NCBI RefSeq assembly: GCF_964213995.1
Contig: NC_135811.1
Coordinates: forward strand, 89,466,001 to 89,530,000
Origin: Mustelus asterias
Taxonomy: Eukaryota
Reading direction: 5' to 3'
DNA length: 64,000 nucleotides
In this document: positions 61,247 to 64,000 of the stretch, piece by piece
How the letters are laid out: each line of letters opens with the position of its first letter
Position numbering within the stretch: the stretch's first letter is position 1
The notes under the pieces: model-generated
Databases searched by the model: none
What the model saw: the letters and a program-made list of their open reading frames with translations, nothing else
Told to the model about the DNA's origin: nothing
Made by a program: the position numbers and the translations under genes

Positions 61247-62340
61247 TTATAGAGTCATAGACTTTTACAGCATGGAAACAGGCTCTTCGGCCCAAGTTGT
61301 CCATGCCGTTCAGTTTTTAACCATTAAATTAGTCCCAATTGCCCATGTTTGGCCCATATCCTTCTGTACCCATCTTACCCGGGTAACTGTCTAAATGCTT
61401 TTTAAAAGACAAAATTGTACCCACCTCTACTACTACATCTGCAGTTCGTTCCAAACACTTACCTTTGTGTATGGAAAAAACTGCCCCTTTGGATCATTTT
61501 GTATCTTTCATCTTAAACCTATGCCCTCCAGTTTTAGACTCCTCTACCTCATCTATGTCCCTCATTATTTTATAGATCTCTGTAAGATCACCCCAAGCCT
61601 CCTACACTCCAGGGAAAAAAGTCCCAGCCTATCCAGCCTCTCCTTATAACTCAAGCCATCAATCCCAGTAGTATCCTAGTAAATTATTTCTGCACTCTTT
61701 CTGATTTAATAATATCCTTTCTATAATAGGGTGACCAGAATTGTACACAGTATTCCAAGTGTGGCCATACTAATGACTTGTACAATTTCAACAAGATTTC
61801 CCAATTCCTGTATTCAGTGTTCTGACCAACGAAACCAAGCATGCTGAATGCTGCCTTCACCACCCTATCCACCCGTGACTCTACTTACAAGGAGCTGTGA
61901 ACCTGTACCCCGAGATCTTTTATATAATTCTCACCAAAGCTCTACCATTAACTGAGCAACTCCTGCCCTGATTCGATCTACCAAAATGTATCACGTTGCA
62001 TTTATCTAAATTAAATTCCATCTACCATTCATCAACCCACTGGCCCAATTGATCAAGATCCCGTTGTAATCCTAGATAACCTTCGTCACTGTCCACTATG
62101 CCACCAATCTTGGTGTCATCTGCAAACATATTAACCATGCCTCCTAAATTCTCATCCAAATCATTAATATAAATGACAAATAACAGTGGACCTAGCACTG
62201 ATCCCTGAGACACACGCACAGGCCTCCAGTTTGAAAAACAACCCTCTACAACCACCCTCTGTCTTCTGTCATCAAGCCAAGTATCTAATTGGCTACCTTA
62301 CCCCGGATCCTGTGAGATTTAACCTTTTGCAACAACCTTT
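61247..62340 (-). mobile_element. CR1 ORF2 3' part (same subfamily as 47507-48947)
   Basis: 'QGSVLGPLLFVIYINDLD..FADDTKIGG' and 'LVWPHLEYCVQFWSPYYRKD'. Confidence 0.93.
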
Positions 62341-62344
62341 TGCA

Positions 62345-63330
62345 ACAACCAATTTAACAGAGATCTAGCAGCTCAAAACTGAGCATCAATAAGATGCTGT
62401 GGGTCATCAGCTGCAGAAACATTGTAGCCCACCACAGCCTGTAACCACAATGTACCGTTGCCATCAAGCTGAAGGATCAACCCTGGATCAATGACATATA
62501 TAGATGAGCATGCAAGGTGCATCATCAGACACACCTTTGAATTGAGGTGCCAACCTGTTTATGCTACAATATAGGACTACATGAATGCTAAACCATTACA
62601 GAAACACCCTATAGACTAAAGCTAAGCAATCCCAAAATCAACAGATCAGATTAAAATCATGCAATAATATCTCCTCCATTTGTGAATGGTGTTGGACAAT
62701 TAAATAACCAACTTGAGGAGCAAGCCCTCATGAACATTCCCATCTTCAATGATAGTGGGACCCTTTGTTAAAAAGGCTGAAGCATTTGCATCTTTGACGA
62801 GAAGTGGCTGAGTGGATGATCCGGTTTCCCCGAAGATTCTTCTAGTCTTCAGCCAATTCAATTCACTCCATATGCTTTCAAGCAACACCTGAGCTCACCA
62901 GCAAAGGCTATGAACCTGTACATCAACCTAACTGTAGTGGTAAAACTTGTGCTCCAGGACTACCCGGCTCCTAATTAAGCTGTTCCAGTTCAGTTACAAC
63001 ATTGGCATCCACCTGACAAAAGTGGAAAATTACCCAGGTATGTCCTGCCCACAAAAAGCAGGATCAGTCCAATCCTGCCATTTGCCGCTGCATCAGTCTG
63101 CCCTCATTCATCAGAAAAGTGATGTAAGGTGTTTCTGGTAATGCTATTAAGCAACACCTACTCATCATTGATGTTCAGTTTGGGTTCTGCCAGGACCTCT
63201 GCTCCAGACCTCAAGCATGAACAAAAACTGAATTCCTGAGGTGAGCGAAAATGACTGCCCTCGGCATCAAGTAGCCCAATAAAATTGAAGTCAGCAGCAA
63301 TAGGGGTGCAGGGGGTGGGGAACATCCCTT
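62345..63330 (+). mobile_element. Family B LINE fragment
   Basis: 'LIKLFQFSYNIGIH..VCPAHKK'; antisense homology to 45850-46900. Confidence 0.72.
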
Positions 63331-63634
63331 GAATGAATTCAAAACAAAATCCTTGTTCAGGCCAACCTAACAAAAGAAGAATAGCACTGAAAAAAAAGCA
63401 AAATACTGCAGAACAGTAAATCTGAAAACAGCATATTCTGTTTTCATTATAGAAAAGAATTATCAGCTGACTAATGCCTTGCTTTCTTTTTGTGTTACAT
63501 TACAATGCACAATTTATCCATATGTGTGTTCCTACATAACAGTGGGAGTTAAACAACAACTTAGTGGGGGTGCAATCTGGCTGCTAGTGAATGAGCAATT
63601 GATGTTGAAAAGTTGGGCAGTGTGTATTACAGTT

Positions 63635-64000
63635 GCTGATTCACTGTCCTTGGCCTGTTGCAATGTTCCAGTGAAGCCCAATGCAAACTGGAGGAACAGC
63701 ACCTCATTTTTTGATTAGGCACATTACTACTGCCTTCTGGACTTAACATTGAGTTCAATAAATTCAGACTGTGAACTCTCTCCTCTGCCTTCACCCTGAT
63801 TTTATTTCTATAAGTTTATTTCCATTTCTTCCATTGAGCCATTTTCCCATCCCCTTTTTGATCTCACTTACTATATATTTTTTTCATTTACCTCCCCCCA
63901 ACTCCACCCCACCAGGGCCATCTGTTCCAGGTTGTCCTTTGTCACAGGGCTGCCATTGACACGTTCTGATCTGTTAATGTGCCACTGTTAGCACCCTTCT
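63635..64000 (+). mobile_element. Penelope-like element, GIY-YIG C-terminus and 3' UTR (runs off the window)
   Basis: Frameshifted 'KLEEQHLIF*LGTL..PSGLNIEFNKFR' (63686-63770), then a pyrimidine-rich UTR. Confidence 0.75.

Noticed and set aside
1-64000. CRISPR arrays, operons or prokaryotic defence systems
   Set aside because: No regularly spaced repeats or dense gene packing; content is vertebrate retroelements.

Overview
This is eukaryotic, repeat-dense DNA, most likely from a shark (inferred from HE1/V-SINE-type SINEs, abundant CR1 LINEs and shark-type Penelope termini). It reads as intron or intergenic sequence. I could not identify any intact host protein-coding gene; almost all listed ORFs are transposon fragments or chance frames. 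Contents: two decayed Gypsy LTR retrotransposons (1-~3890 minus; 19891-23858 plus), a solo LTR, many CR1 fragments, a second CR1/L2-group LINE family, two Rex1/Babar fragments, about nine V-SINE copies, other tRNA-derived SINEs (two AmnSINE2-like), a hAT/Charlie transposase fossil, several MITEs and six Penelope-like (PLE) insertions. Best leads: (1) minimal hammerhead ribozymes in the PLE termini with compensatory stem changes between copies, plus a size series of fold-back PLE insertions with target-site duplications (TSDs); (2) one V-SINE body carrying two different 3' tails, one CR1-like and one Rex1/Babar-like; (3) an unclassified CpG-retaining insertion (~49500-51681) holding a compact putative transcription unit (kB/CCAAT/CRE/GC motifs, intron, 55-codon ORF, poly(A) signal); (4) a candidate host start exon at 56521-56708. 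Family names come from recalled consensus sequences, not database searches, and boundaries of old elements are approximate.
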